Shown piece after piece: positions 30,082-42,597 of a stretch of DNA of 64,000 nucleotides. Source of the stretch: Octopus vulgaris (lineage: Eukaryota); NCBI GenBank assembly GCA_951406725.2, contig OX597822.1:30876001-30940000 (forward strand). Direction: 5' to 3'. Numbering within the stretch: position 1 is the first letter of the stretch; every line of letters starts with the position of its first letter. Below the pieces are notes generated by a model. That model worked only from the letters and a program-made list of their open reading frames with translations. It was not told the DNA's origin and did no database searches. The position numbers and the translations under genes are program-made.

Positions 30082-31109
30082 CAAATGCCACCGGTGTTGA
30101 CTTTGCCATTCATATTCTCGGGGTCGAAGAACTAAGTAACAGCTGAGCACACAGGTCGATCTAATTGACTCAGTAACTCCGTCGAAATTACTGGCCTTGT
30201 GCAAAAATTTGAAACCAAATATTAATATTCAGAGCCGCATGTCTTAGTGGTCATTGCGTTGGATCTATAATCGTTAGATTGTAGTTTCGATTTTTTGACC
30301 GGCCGATGCGTTGTATTCTTCAGCAAAACACTTCATTTCACTTCGCCCCAGTCCACTCAACTGATAAAAGTGTGTAATCCTGTGACGGACCGCCATCCAG
30401 TCCAGGGAAGAATATAACCGCCGGAGAAACTGGACCCTTATATAGGTAAAACAAATTTACCTATTGTGTGAAACATTACATAAAAAAGCGATTTCCCATT
30501 AAATCGCTCACTAAAATTACACAGTGTGTAGTGAGTGCTACTATGGCTAGCGATGGACGGAATATATTACACGAGAGTTTGCGTGCGGTCTAACTTATCC
30601 CTGATTATTATTGGATTTATTAATGATAATTACCATTTCTTATGATATAGAAACAAAACATCTAATTAAGGCTTTGCTATTCATTGTTACTGTAAACATG
30701 CTGCTAACTCTGACCAACAAGCATTTAGTTTCGAATTTGTTTTACCTATATAAGGGTCCAGTTTCTCCGGCGGTTATATTCTTCCCTGGACTGGATGGCG
30801 GTCCGTCACAAGATTACACACTTTTATCAGTTGAGTGGACTGGGGCGAAGTGAAATGAAGTGTTTTGCTGAAGAACACAACGCATCGGCCGGTCAAAAAA
30901 TCAAAACTACAATCTAACGATTATAGATCCAACGCAATGACCACTAAGATATGCGGCTCTGAATATTAATATTTGGTTTCAAATTTTTGCACAAGGCCAG
31001 TAATTTCGACGGAGTTACTGTGTCAAGTAGATCGACCCCAGTGCTCAACTGTTACTTAGTTCTCCGACCCCGAGAATATGAAAGGCAAAGTCGACACCGT
31101 TGGCATTTG
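30082..31109. repeat. Long inverted duplication (arms 30082-30457 and 30734-31109, ~276-bp spacer) containing two old SINEs
   Basis: Arms are reverse complements over ~376 bp with only scattered differences. Confidence 0.95.
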
Positions 31110-31180
31110 ACCTGAGAATGTAAAGATGGACGAAACACCGTTAAGCAGTGTACCTGGCATACTAGCCGGCTTGCCGCCTT
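30965..31180 (-). mobile_element. SINE family B, old copy
   Basis: gaaaggcaaagtcgacaccgttggcatttgacctgaga...gcttgccgcc is the reverse of the family B head and core. Confidence 0.75.
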
Positions 31181-31818
31181 AATTTGTTAATATAGTATTA
31201 TGAATTCAATTATTTTAATATTTATATTCATGAAATATATATTACTTGTGCACTTGTAGAGTTGAACAGAAAGTAATTAAGGAAATCAATGTAATACCAT
31301 ATATTCCGACTTTTAAAATGCTATACTCACACCAACACACGCAAAACAGACACACACACACCTATATGTATACATGTAAATGCTCACAAACAACATTGCC
31401 ACACACAGCAAACTTATCTTGTGGAAAACTACAAAACGGATTATTCATAAATCACCATCAAATTGCATATCAAACACACTGACGAACACATACTAACGTC
31501 ACAACACACATATATGTGGATATGCAATGTAACATATTTTCAGAATCCCTCTCAATGCTCAGTTCTATTCAGACAAAAAATTCTGGTTTTATTTTATCTT
31601 TTCGCTCCGTCTTCATTCGCTTTATGTAATAACAACATTAATAACAGTGGTAAAAATAACAATATCAGACTGGATGACGAAAAGAATTGAAGGAAACAAC
31701 GTAGTTGTAGTGAGGTTAAAAGCTAATATCTTAGCAGTAAATTTAATAATCTATATATAGATTCGGTACAGGTTAGTAGAATTTCAAACTTGCTCATACT
31801 GTGTGCTTCTGAATGATA

Positions 31819-32025
31819 TCAACAGATTTTAGCTTCTCTGTTCAGCTTTTCAAACTTTTTGGTGTTTTTACAATAGATAGACTGCACCAGGGAATTATGG
31901 AAGTATAGATGAAGTTGAATGTCGATGTCAGTTTTCATAACAATGACACTTTTTGCTAACAAATTCGCAAAATTATTGAATAAGTCAGCTGTTACTTTGA
32001 TGTATTTCACATGCAATATTTTCTG
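31819..32025 (-). CDS. Putative terminal exon of an unidentified gene
   Basis: Strong acceptor ctttctgtctttttag, then 69 codons QKILHVKY...EAKIC*; in frame with 32296-32380. Confidence 0.25.
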   Translation of the reverse strand, partial: QKILHVKYIKVTADLFNNFANLLAKSVIVMKTDIDIQLHLYFHNSLVQSIYCKNTKKFEKLNREAKIC

Positions 32026-32295
32026 CTAAAAAGACAGAAAGATATAAATCTCACGTCAAGTATATATTGGAAGAAGTCTCAATCTAAAAAAAAAAAAGCG
32101 TCTCTGGTAACAGTAAATTTCTTTCGAATGGTTTAGAATATTTAATGTTTTAAAAATCATAAACAAATATGCCTTATGGAAAAATGTGATGTATATATAC
32201 AAATAAAGAAATATGAATATGTGTCATTCATTCTTTGTCTGGTTGATTTAGTGTGAAAGTATCTTTCTGTCTTTCTCTTTACTTTTCATTGTTAC

Positions 32296-32380
32296 CGGAT
32301 CCGAAGGAAATGGTAATACCCATGACCTTAACAAATTCTTCAAAACCTCCGAGACTGCCGTAATTAGTGTTTCGTTTAAA
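32296..32380 (-). CDS. Putative internal exon (85 nt)
   Basis: Acceptor ttgcaacag, donor CCG|gtaaca; LNETLITAVSEVLKNLLRSWVLPFPSDP; phase-0 splice to 32025 keeps the frame open. Confidence 0.25.
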
Positions 32381-32712
32381 CTGTTGCAAGTAGATATATG
32401 GAAGAGAATATGAATATGATAGAGTTCCAAGGGGTATGATCTGGGAAGTAAGGACTGTACGTGGATGACACTTTGGTGTGAAATGTCAGAAAGTATGTCG
32501 GGTGGTGTCATTTACGTAAGAGGGATTGTTCCGTTGGGGATGAATGTTAGTACATCGTTGTTTCATAGGAGAAAGAGTATAGGTAACAGTATCCCAAAAC
32601 ATAAGCATGGCAATGTTAATAGTGTACCCAAGAGAGATTCAATGGTATACAGTGTGATTATGTTACAGGAAGCATTCAAGTCAAGTGACGGGAAAGACAA
32701 ACTGATAGACAG

Positions 32713-32762
<50 letters not shown>

Positions 32763-32769
32763 GATATAT

Positions 32770-32964
32770 CACCATGATAGATCGTCAGCCACTACACATT
32801 TTATTCTCTCCTTGTTTCTCTCCTTGTTTTTTCTGTGTCCCTTTCTGTAGAAGAGCGTAGGTTCGAAACGTAAAATAGTTTTTCTATTCCTGAGCGTTAT
32901 ACTAATACATCTGTTTGTTTTGTACACCACCTGTCTTCTTCTTTTGTTTTGTTTTGTAAACTCT

Positions 32965-32968
<4 letters not shown>
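32770..32968 (+). mobile_element. Penelope-like terminal remnant embedded in (TA)n, with decayed hammerhead motif at 32842-32875
   Basis: ttt-CTGTAGA-a-gagc(gtag)gttc-GAAACGTA-aaa; related to 47090-47330 and 54937-55085. Confidence 0.6.
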
Positions 32969-33061
<93 letters not shown>

Positions 33062-33860
33062 GGGTGGTGAAGAGTGAGAGAGAATGAAAGAGAGAGTGGA
33101 GAGTGAGAGAGAGAGAGAGAGAGAGAAAAAGTCAGGCAGAGAGTGGGAGCTCATAAACAAGAAAATTTTCCAAGAGTTCCAACTGGCTATGACGCGATGT
33201 GAAGTGTTGGACACCGTGCGGTTGATGAGAGGAGACGTGTGAGTGGCGAGCTTAGTGATTGATTTATACAGAATTAATGATATAACACAATGGATAATTA
33301 TTTCTCTTTATTTCGGTATAAATTAAATCGAAGTCGTGACGTCCGTAGCTCTTCGAACAATGATGAAGGTATACCAAACAGGACCAGATTGCTTGTCTAC
33401 TCAGGAAGTTGACATCTCATATTTTTTATGGTTAAAACAGTTTAAAAGGAAGATAAAACCTATGGAATATGATTTAACATTTTCTCATGGAATAAAGGAA
33501 AATTCTTTGAGACGAATTTATTGTATTTTTGAGTGTGTAGATTCATATATGATGCAAGAAAGGAAAAACAAGACCTAACACGGATCAATATTCTGTCCAG
33601 CCATAATATTTAATCTTTGACAGCAAATAAAACATTATTTTAGGCAGAACTTAACAGAGCCAAATATTAAAAATAAAGAGAATAAAGTAAATATTCACAC
33701 ATATAGCAATACATACACACACATGAAGACGCACACACACACACACACACACATACACACACATACACGTACAAGTACATAAATGCATATAAGCATATAT
33801 ATATACATATATAATATATATATACAAATACATATATATATGTATACATCTCTCTCTGTC

Positions 33861-33933
<73 letters not shown>

Positions 33934-34305
33934 GTATAAACAATTGAAAATATATGCACATATAAATCAACCTCTATTCCCCATTTCACAAACACTATAA
34001 ATATATGAATCAGAAACCAAACGGAGACTGTATGTATGTATAAATCTATGAATCTATTTTCGCTTGAGCATTTATATGAATGTAAGAAACACACAGACGT
34101 ATATACATGCAAGCCAATATATGTATAAAATCACAAAAGTATGACTACTAACGTTGAAATAGATTAATCTTGCCCTAATCCAGTAATGATGAATTCTAAA
34201 AAAAAACAACTAAAATCAAAAACAGACGACTTGGTGCTTAATACTGAAACAGTCTGACGCATCTCATATTTCTACACTCATATAGCTGGGTGCGCATACA
34301 CACAT

Positions 34306-34560
34306 ACGAGGTGGTATCAAAAAGTTTCTGGAGTGGTTATGCTTAATAAAAAATAACTTATAGATCATCGTCTCCTTCGAAATAGCTACTTTGCGCCGCA
34401 ATACTCCGGTCCCAGTGTTCGGGCCACTTTTGGAATCTGGCCCGGAAAGACAGTATCCATAAGCAAGTCGAGATTCTTCCGCGATTCGCTCTGGTTCTCA
34501 AGAATGGTGTTAAAACGGTGACCTTCTAGCTGAATTTTTATCTTGGGGAAGAGACGGGTA
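34306..34560 (-). mobile_element. mariner 3' terminal fragment
   Basis: TAcgaggtggtatcaaaaagtt TIR plus transposase C-terminal remnant similar to 53440-53555. Confidence 0.65.
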
Positions 34561-34887
34561 CCTATTATATTTTGCGTGTTCTTTCATGTAAAATCAAAAA
34601 TGAGTCGTGATTATTCCATATGATTCTCCCATTATTATATGATATCAGTTATATCTCTTTTAGTGCTGTAGGGATATCAAATTAGATGCATAGTCTTTTT
34701 TTAACTATACGAGCAAAGACTAATGTGAAATTTTTACCATTTATTTCGGTCCAGCGTTGAATTTGTAGGATGTCCAATACTGGATTATCCTAATTAATGC
34801 TGGATTTATACATTCCCATTACATTTTTATGTTATTGAATCCTAATGCATATATGCATATGTATTTTGTAAATATATTTGAATTCTC

Positions 34888-34940
<53 letters not shown>

Positions 34941-35262
34941 GGTGAGTGTATTTGCATCAAGGTTCTCAGCAAGGTTTAGCAACAAAGATAGATGGACAGA
35001 TAGAAGACTCAAAAGGACACCTGTAAATAATGAAGATAGTGAATTCTGCTTTAAAACGCAAAACTTCACCTGAGAACCAAACGTAGAATCATTCGATTGG
35101 ACTTAATGAACGTTGCAAAAATTTGCCAAATTTGGGAAAATGCGCAAAATCTAAACCCCTTTAGAGGAGAAAATACATGTTTCACTTCATGAAATACATT
35201 CCTTTACAACGTAGATATTAAATACATAGCCGTTATCCAATAATATTACTAACATTTTATAG

Positions 35263-35459
35263 ATAATTTAGCATCAAACCCCTTGCCACCAAATCAAGCT
35301 GCTAAGGAAATCGCTACAACCTTAGAGTGCATCGCCTCAGAGAACCTCGCAATTACGCTTAATGACCATAAACTCTCTATCTTTAGCAACCGTAAATATA
35401 CGTTGAATAAAGTAGCCAAACGTAAATTAGGAACAGTTAACAAGCAAATTCTCGAGATG
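35263..35459 (+). CDS. Putative orphan internal exon (197 nt)
   Basis: Acceptor cattttatag, donor ATG|gtaatt, open frame xNLASNPLPPNQAAKEIATTLECIASENLAI...NKQILEM; no partner exon found. Confidence 0.2.
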
Positions 35460-36784
35460 GTAATTCTTTGAATAAACAATACAGTACCACTTGTATTATG
35501 AAATATCAGTATAGAACTTTTAGTATGATTTTGTGAGGTCTACAACCAGCATCTTTGGTCATTCAATCAATTTACATTGCTGAATTTCAACATTCTATCA
35601 TTATGACCCTTACTTTTCGTAGGCTTGTCGTCCGAAAATACAATCACGTGAATGAACGAAGCAAACATTAAGCATGCAAGAAAATCTCTTTTGTTTTTGA
35701 TAGTTCGACGGAAGCAAAGAAGAAAACAAAAAAGGATGAAAATTATCCCATAACTCTAACGATATCCAAAATATGCAAAATAATAAGAAATTTTAATCTA
35801 AACCTTTTCTATAATAATTTCTATGCTGTAAAAAACAAGTTTACGGAGGTGATTGATTATTACTCTTACAAGTTATAAGTGGATACGACTTACATAGATT
35901 TAGAAAAGACACATTTAGGCTATTTAGTGAAATACACTGTTTAGACTTTACTTTCACGCTAGACACGAACAAATCCAAATCTTAATACAGGGCTAATGAA
36001 ATATAAATAGCATTTCCTGCCTCCTGCATAATATTTTGCGAAATATAATTTCTCGTATCACTAAGCTCATAACTACCTTAACTATAGATTAAAACTTGTT
36101 TGGATGTGTTTCTACCAATTAATATAATGTAGTTCTCAGGAACCATAGAGTCGCAGAAAAATATATCATCCGGCATCTAATAGCCTATAGTAAACAATTG
36201 TCACTTAATGTTACCTCATTCAGCTTCCCAGTGGAAATATTTCAAGGAAATTTGAGTAGTGTTAGCTAATCTATATATGTGTCAACAGCCAAAGAAAACA
36301 TCAGCTAACAGTTAATCAGGACTTTCTATTTTATTCAAATACATTCTACATTCTACATTCTGTAAGGTTGTGTTACCTGTTCATGCTACATATATTTGCA
36401 GATAAAACAAAATGAATAAAAACACATACACAAGCAGTCATTATGGAGTCAAAACCTTAAATTATAAGTTGCACAAATACATGTGTAAATATAATTAAGT
36501 TGAAAGCAGGAAGGTAGTCCATGATAATCCTGCAGAAATAGGTAGATCTTACCTTAGATTTCATAAGGGAAAATACAGTTGAGGTCTAATAAAAAAATCA
36601 AAGTACACTTTTACAGCTGTTTCAGGGATTAGATAACATATAAACGCAAAAATGAGCATTATGCATACATAGATTTCAATCAAATTGTACACACATACCC
36701 TACCTCCACAAACACACATATACACAACAATATTTACAATACACACACACACGCACACACACATATATATATATCACTCTTTCT

Positions 36785-36823
<39 letters not shown>

Positions 36824-37129
36824 CATACACATACATACATATGTGTGTGTGTGTGCGTGTGTGTATTTGTTAATGTTTATTTTGTGCTATGTTGTCCATA
36901 AAAATAATCTTATGATATATTTTAGGAGCATACATGTTTACTAGGAATAATTGGACAGCTTCTTTGAAGTTTCAGTTTATTTGTTTTCATTACAGTCTGA
37001 TGAGAGCGATCAAGTTGTAACGTTAGAGTAACCGTTGACCCTTTTCTCGTTGAAGTTAATAACATCTGCACCCAATTAAAAGAAATTGAGTAATTTTTCA
37101 GTGTAATATTTTATCTTTTTTTTTTCATC

Positions 37130-37530
37130 TACGTGTTTCAATCATATAACTGTAGCTATACTGGGACACAGCCTTAAAAGGTTTCATTCGAACAATTTGA
37201 GCCCAAGAATTATCTTAGTTTTTGAAGCCTAGTATTTAATCTATCGATGACTATTGCCGAACCGCTATGTTACGCGAACGGAAATAGTCTAACATCGGAT
37301 GACTAGCGGTGATGGGGGACAAACACAGACACAAACACAGACACACACACAGACACACACAGACAAAGACACACATACGCACACATATATATACACAAGG
37401 CCTCCTCCATCTAATAAATTCACAAAGAACGCTTTGTTCGGCCTGAGTCTATAGGAGAAGACACTCCAAGTGCCGCCCAGTGTGCCTGAACCGAGAACCA
37501 TCTGCTTGGAAAACAAGCTTCTTACCATAC
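37130..37530 (-). mobile_element. SINE family A, old copy
   Basis: gccgaaccgctatgttacg, gggggacaaacacagac, agaagacactccaagtgcc, aagcttcttacc. Confidence 0.75.
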
Positions 37531-38176
37531 TGGTACAAACACGTATAAATTTACACATACACACGCACGAACAAACACATACATACACACGTGTGTGTGT
37601 ATTTGTGTGTGGGGGAGAGAATTTGAGTGTGTCAGAGAGAGTGAGAGTGTGCGTGTGTGTATTTGTCTGTTTGAGAGAAAATGTGTGAGAGAGAGAGAGT
37701 GAGAGAGAGAGAGATAGAGAGAGAGTGAGGGAGAGAATGAGAGAAAGAGTGAAAGAGAGAATGTATGTATGTGTGTGTGCATTTTTCTTTTTGTGTCAAG
37801 ACGTACATAATTCCTTGAGCGATATATATTACACTCAATGATTCGATTCCAAATATTGTCCAATCGGCCGAATAAATTATCAATCAAGTAAACACTGAAC
37901 GCAATTATTTTACGCAGAATTCACAGTCCTATAATGCTCACTAATACGTCTTATTCAAACCTTAAGCTGAATCTCTCCTCCAGATTACCCACTTCATGTC
38001 AATCGTCATGTGAAATCATTGGTACAATCTTATATTTTGATTAAGTACGAGTACCACTTTGTTAACACTGAAACGAGATTTTCAATTGAATTCTCATTAA
38101 TTATTTGGTTCCGATAAGGTAAAAGGCAGCGTACGTTCAGCATCAGGTGTTTGATTGGTCAAATGATGCTATTTTT

Positions 38177-38624
38177 GGATCTTTTCGGTTTGAACGGCAG
38201 TTTTTAACATAAATTCTAGGTAACTAAAAAATTTTAAACTTCTAATACTGGTAGAATGTGTTTATAAAACATCTTTTTCTTTTGGCTTTATTGAGAACAT
38301 TCTATAGTTTGTAAGATATTTGTTGTTTTTTTTCTTCAATTTCTGCAATTTCAACCAATCCCTGACGTCTATTGAGGTAAAAAAACATTCTGTGCCGTAT
38401 TAATATGCCCCTCGTTTAAGAGACAGATTGGGTTTATTTACATTTTTGAAGAAAAAATACCCTTCCCCCCACCCCTAACCTTAACCCTAACTAACCCTAA
38501 CTAATCCTAACTAACCCTAACCCTAAAACAGATTGAAATGCAATAGTTCGATACTAGGGTCATAATTATGGGTGACAATTTCATGACACCGCTAGAAAAA
38601 CTGCCGTTCAAACTGAAAAGATCC
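38177..38624. mobile_element. Non-autonomous DNA transposon, Merlin-like, with internal (CCCTAA)n
   Basis: 29-bp TIRs ggatcttttcggtttgaacggcagttttt / aaaaactgccgttcaaactgaaaagatcc (1 mismatch); 8-bp TSD ctattttt at 38169-38176 and 38625-38632; GG...CC ends. Confidence 0.85.
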
Positions 38625-39329
38625 CTATTTTTTTTTAGCATTGCTATTGCTGATCTATGTTGATGTTGCACTGGCAGATTTCCGCCTGTGAAAAGCTACT
38701 TGTCCTGTCCCAACACTAATTTTAAACATCACTTCTGACCTTCCACATTTTGTCCATTGTAATTTTCCTCACTAAATAACTCCATTATAATTGCGAATTT
38801 CCCTCACGCTTTCAGAGTAGTCTTTTGCTGCTGTCCTGCGTATAAAAAGCTTACGCACACTTATTCCTCTTCTACGGTTTTGAATTGTTATATTTTGTTT
38901 GCAATTTAATCACATGTACATTTAATTTGGTGTATTAAAAAAAAAAGTCTAATGGAAACTATTTTATATACACATTTTCCCTGTATGAATTTATCGTAAC
39001 AAATTTGTATTTCTATAGTTAATGCGATGCACAAATTACGTTGTGAAAGCTTGAATGTTTTTAACACGCTTTTAAAATTTGTCACACATACATTATAGAC
39101 TAATTTTTATGGCTGAAATACACGAAATTTTATACACATATATGTACGGGCCTATTATCTCTAGAGAACGCTATGTAAATTTTGTAGCTAATGCTTTTGC
39201 ACGAATAGTATTTTTAAAATAATTTTAATACACTTTATTTTACAATTTAATCTTACGTACGGTGTATTCAATAATCATTATAGTACACACAGTATTGGGT
39301 ATACACATAATATTTTCTTATTTATTAGA

Positions 39330-39830
39330 CTTGTTAGGGCGTTGGAATCAATGCTTTGCAATATTTGTTCCGGCTTCTTAGGTCCGGCGTTCAAATTCTG
39401 CCGAGGTTATCATTGACATTCATCCTTCAAAGCTTGATAAAGTAAAATTGCAGTCAAATATTTGGGTCTAAATTATCGACTATTCCTCTCTCTCTCTCTC
39501 TCTCTCTCTCTTCATCTCTCTCTCTCTCTCTCTCTCCCTCCCTCTCTCCCCCTCTCTCTCTCTCTATCTCTCTTCCAAATTGCTGGCCTTTCACCCAATC
39601 GGAAATAGTTATAATTATTATCATTATCAAGGCATTGGATTGGCTGAATCGATTGACAGTTGTACGATATGCTTAGTGGCATTTCTTTCGTTCGGAGTTC
39701 CATTTCCCTCGAAGCCGACTTTGCCTTTCATCACTTCGGCATTAATTAAATACAGTACCAATCAAATATTGGAGTTAATGATATCAACCAATCCCTCTCG
39801 TTAAAATTGTTGACATTGTACTTAAATTAG
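39330..39830 (+). mobile_element. Two degraded SINE family B copies separated by (CT)n
   Basis: ttcaaattctgccgaggtt and gccgactttgcctttcatc cores. Confidence 0.6.
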
Positions 39831-39940
39831 AAAATGTTGCTGTTGTTATTAATGCTATTATTATTATAATGCTTGTCTATACTAATTAAGCAAGTATATA
39901 ATTTTGGGGTATGGTAACAACAAGTTTTGTCAAATCTCCA

Positions 39941-40332
39941 GAAACTTCATTACGATGGTACGTCTGTACATGACGACAGCGAGAGTTTAAATTCCAATCC
40001 TGATATTTCTAAACTTTTCCGATTTCTTTGGCATCGAATCTGCTCTCAGGAAATTGTAAAATCTATGATCCTACATCTTTGTTTATTTTTTAATTGTATC
40101 TGGTCATCTTGTTTCAGTAGTCTGGTCAGTGTTTATGGAGCAGTCCCACATAGATTTATAATTCTTATTTTGTATCACAGCCTCTGGTTTGTATTCTTAC
40201 TGCTTTTCTGTTATTTTGAGCAGGAATTGAAACGGCGAATTGAAGTGACTGTTGTTTACATCTCACTTTTGTCTATCCAAATAATCCATGGTACTAGAAA
40301 ATCCAGACATTATTCGTATAGAACAGTGAGAA
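39941..40332 (+). other. Long orphan hydrophobic open frame bounded by possible splice sites
   Basis: 138-codon non-repetitive ORF, ctccag acceptor and gtaagt donor; no recognisable family. Confidence 0.12.
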
Positions 40333-41671
40333 GTAAGTCTTAGTTTGATTTTTTGTAACCTTAATGATTCTGCTCGCGCATTCACAACAAACAAGGCAAA
40401 GGACCAGACTTTAGATCATGTAGGTGTATTTGTACTCAGTCTGATGTTTACGTTATAGGTCGCTAAGAGTAGAGACTCGGACTCCAGTAATTTGAAAATT
40501 AGTGTCGGCCAAACAGAAAATATCGTCTACAATGACATATTGTAATCATATTGATATTATCAAAAGGAATACTAATCGTAATCTAAAAAAGGAAATTTGC
40601 AAACTTTGATTGTATGAGAGTATAAACAAGCGTAAAATAGTGTAAACAACTAAAATAAAAGTATATTTAAATAACATATTTGTTTCCTAATACGTTTTAC
40701 GTAGTGGTCGAAGGAAGATCTGGCTTCCGTTAGAAATGGCCCACATTCATGGTGCAGAGGCTGAGATCCTACTTTACTTCGGGAGTGAATCGTCATCACC
40801 TTTGACTTAGCCGCAAACATACCATATAGCTGCAATAGAATGCTGTATCACCAAAAATAATGCGATTTCTCTAAGACATCACTCAGTAACCTATGAAGTC
40901 TATTTACACATTTCTCAATAAATACTGCTGTTAAAACTTCCATCCTTCACTGTATGCCTCCATCACAGACGGGTAGATTTGCTAGTATATTTAAAACTAA
41001 TATTACCTCTGTCGTAAACAAGGAAATTTTAATTTTCAATCACAGTTTTTCTATATCAGTGATGATGGATTTTGCCTTAGTATGAGGCTGCATGTGGGTA
41101 ATTTCTACCGATAAATCTTAAGGGGACAGAAATCTACATTTGGGATGCCACTGCCGTTACTGGTTGATTTTTACCTGTTATTCATATACGTATTTGTTTT
41201 AAAACTGTATGTCTATAAATGATGTAACTCCGGAGTATAGCAATATTTTTGCTTTCCATGATGTATCTCTACTAAGTTTTATACATAGATTGCTATTTTA
41301 AGATAATACTGAGAATACTGCAAATAACGAACTTTTATGCAGTGGCATGGTTAATTACAACATCAGGGATTTTTCACTCGCTTGGTTTTTATATCAGTGA
41401 CGCTGGATTCATGTGTTAGCATGCGGTTTCCAGTGACTACTGGCTACTGACGAAACTCAGAGAAGAAGAAATACGCACCTAGCAAGACAACTATCACTGC
41501 GGAAAGATTCTCTTCTGCTTCTGATATATTTATTGTTTTAACATTGTACGCCTATAAGAGAAATTATCTCAGTGCGAATACTGCAGTAATCTGGCTTTCC
41601 GTGATGGATCTACATCACACACAAGCGCGCGCACACACACACACACACGGATACCGACACATACCATATAA

Positions 41672-41852
41672 TTTATAATTATGAGTATAATTATAATTAG
41701 GGTTCAGCAAAAATTTGGGTCACCACATATCGAAATTTAGAAATAGTAGTTAAAACTAACTATTTCCCTACTATAAGAGATCTGGGAGATTTTCTTATAG
41801 TAGTGAAATAGTTAGATTGAACCCTAATTATAATTATACTCTTAATTATAAA
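41672..41852. repeat. Nested inverted-repeat (foldback/MITE-like) element
   Basis: 35-bp outer arms 41672-41706 / 41818-41852; inner 28-bp hairpin 41756-41815. Confidence 0.85.
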
Positions 41853-41930
41853 ATTTTATGTATAATTGACCGATAACGGTTCTTTTAACATACCGAACTT
41901 CTTGGTAAAATTAATTAATTAATTTTACCC

Positions 41931-42020
<90 letters not shown>

Positions 42021-42081
42021 TATGTATAGATATATACAATACATACATATACATACATACATTTACATATATACATATATG

Positions 42082-42137
<56 letters not shown>

Positions 42138-42597
42138 ATACATGAAATTATATGTATACACATTCATATATTCATACCTCCATCATTTCCACAGGCCCAA
42201 TATTACATTTGATAATATTTTCGGTTTGTTGTGAAAGAGAAGTATCCGCTTATTTTCAACATATCAACACTTGAAAGACATTTTGGCATTGCAACCCACC
42301 GGGCACTACATTGTACACTTCAGTCATTTGTCACGATTTATAAACTCGACTACAATCTACTTGTAAATTCTAGCCAACAAAATCCTGGCGACAATGCACT
42401 CGTGAGTGGTTTTCATTTCAATGCTGCAAGGCATAATATATACGACGATGACTTTCTATATTTTGTTACATATAACCGATGTTTTATATTGTTGTTGGTG
42501 CTAGGAAAATAATTCGTGCACTGAAAAGAATATTTTCCTTAGCGTAGAACACCGATTGTGCAGTCTCGAATTAAAGGAATAGTTTATACACACAAGT

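Noticed and set aside
38473-38526. True telomere or chromosome-fusion scar
   Set aside because: Short, degenerate and enclosed within a TIR element with a TSD
41049-41180. C/D snoRNA (GTGATGA C-box)
   Set aside because: No suitably placed CTGA D-box, and the paralogous unit lacks the C-box
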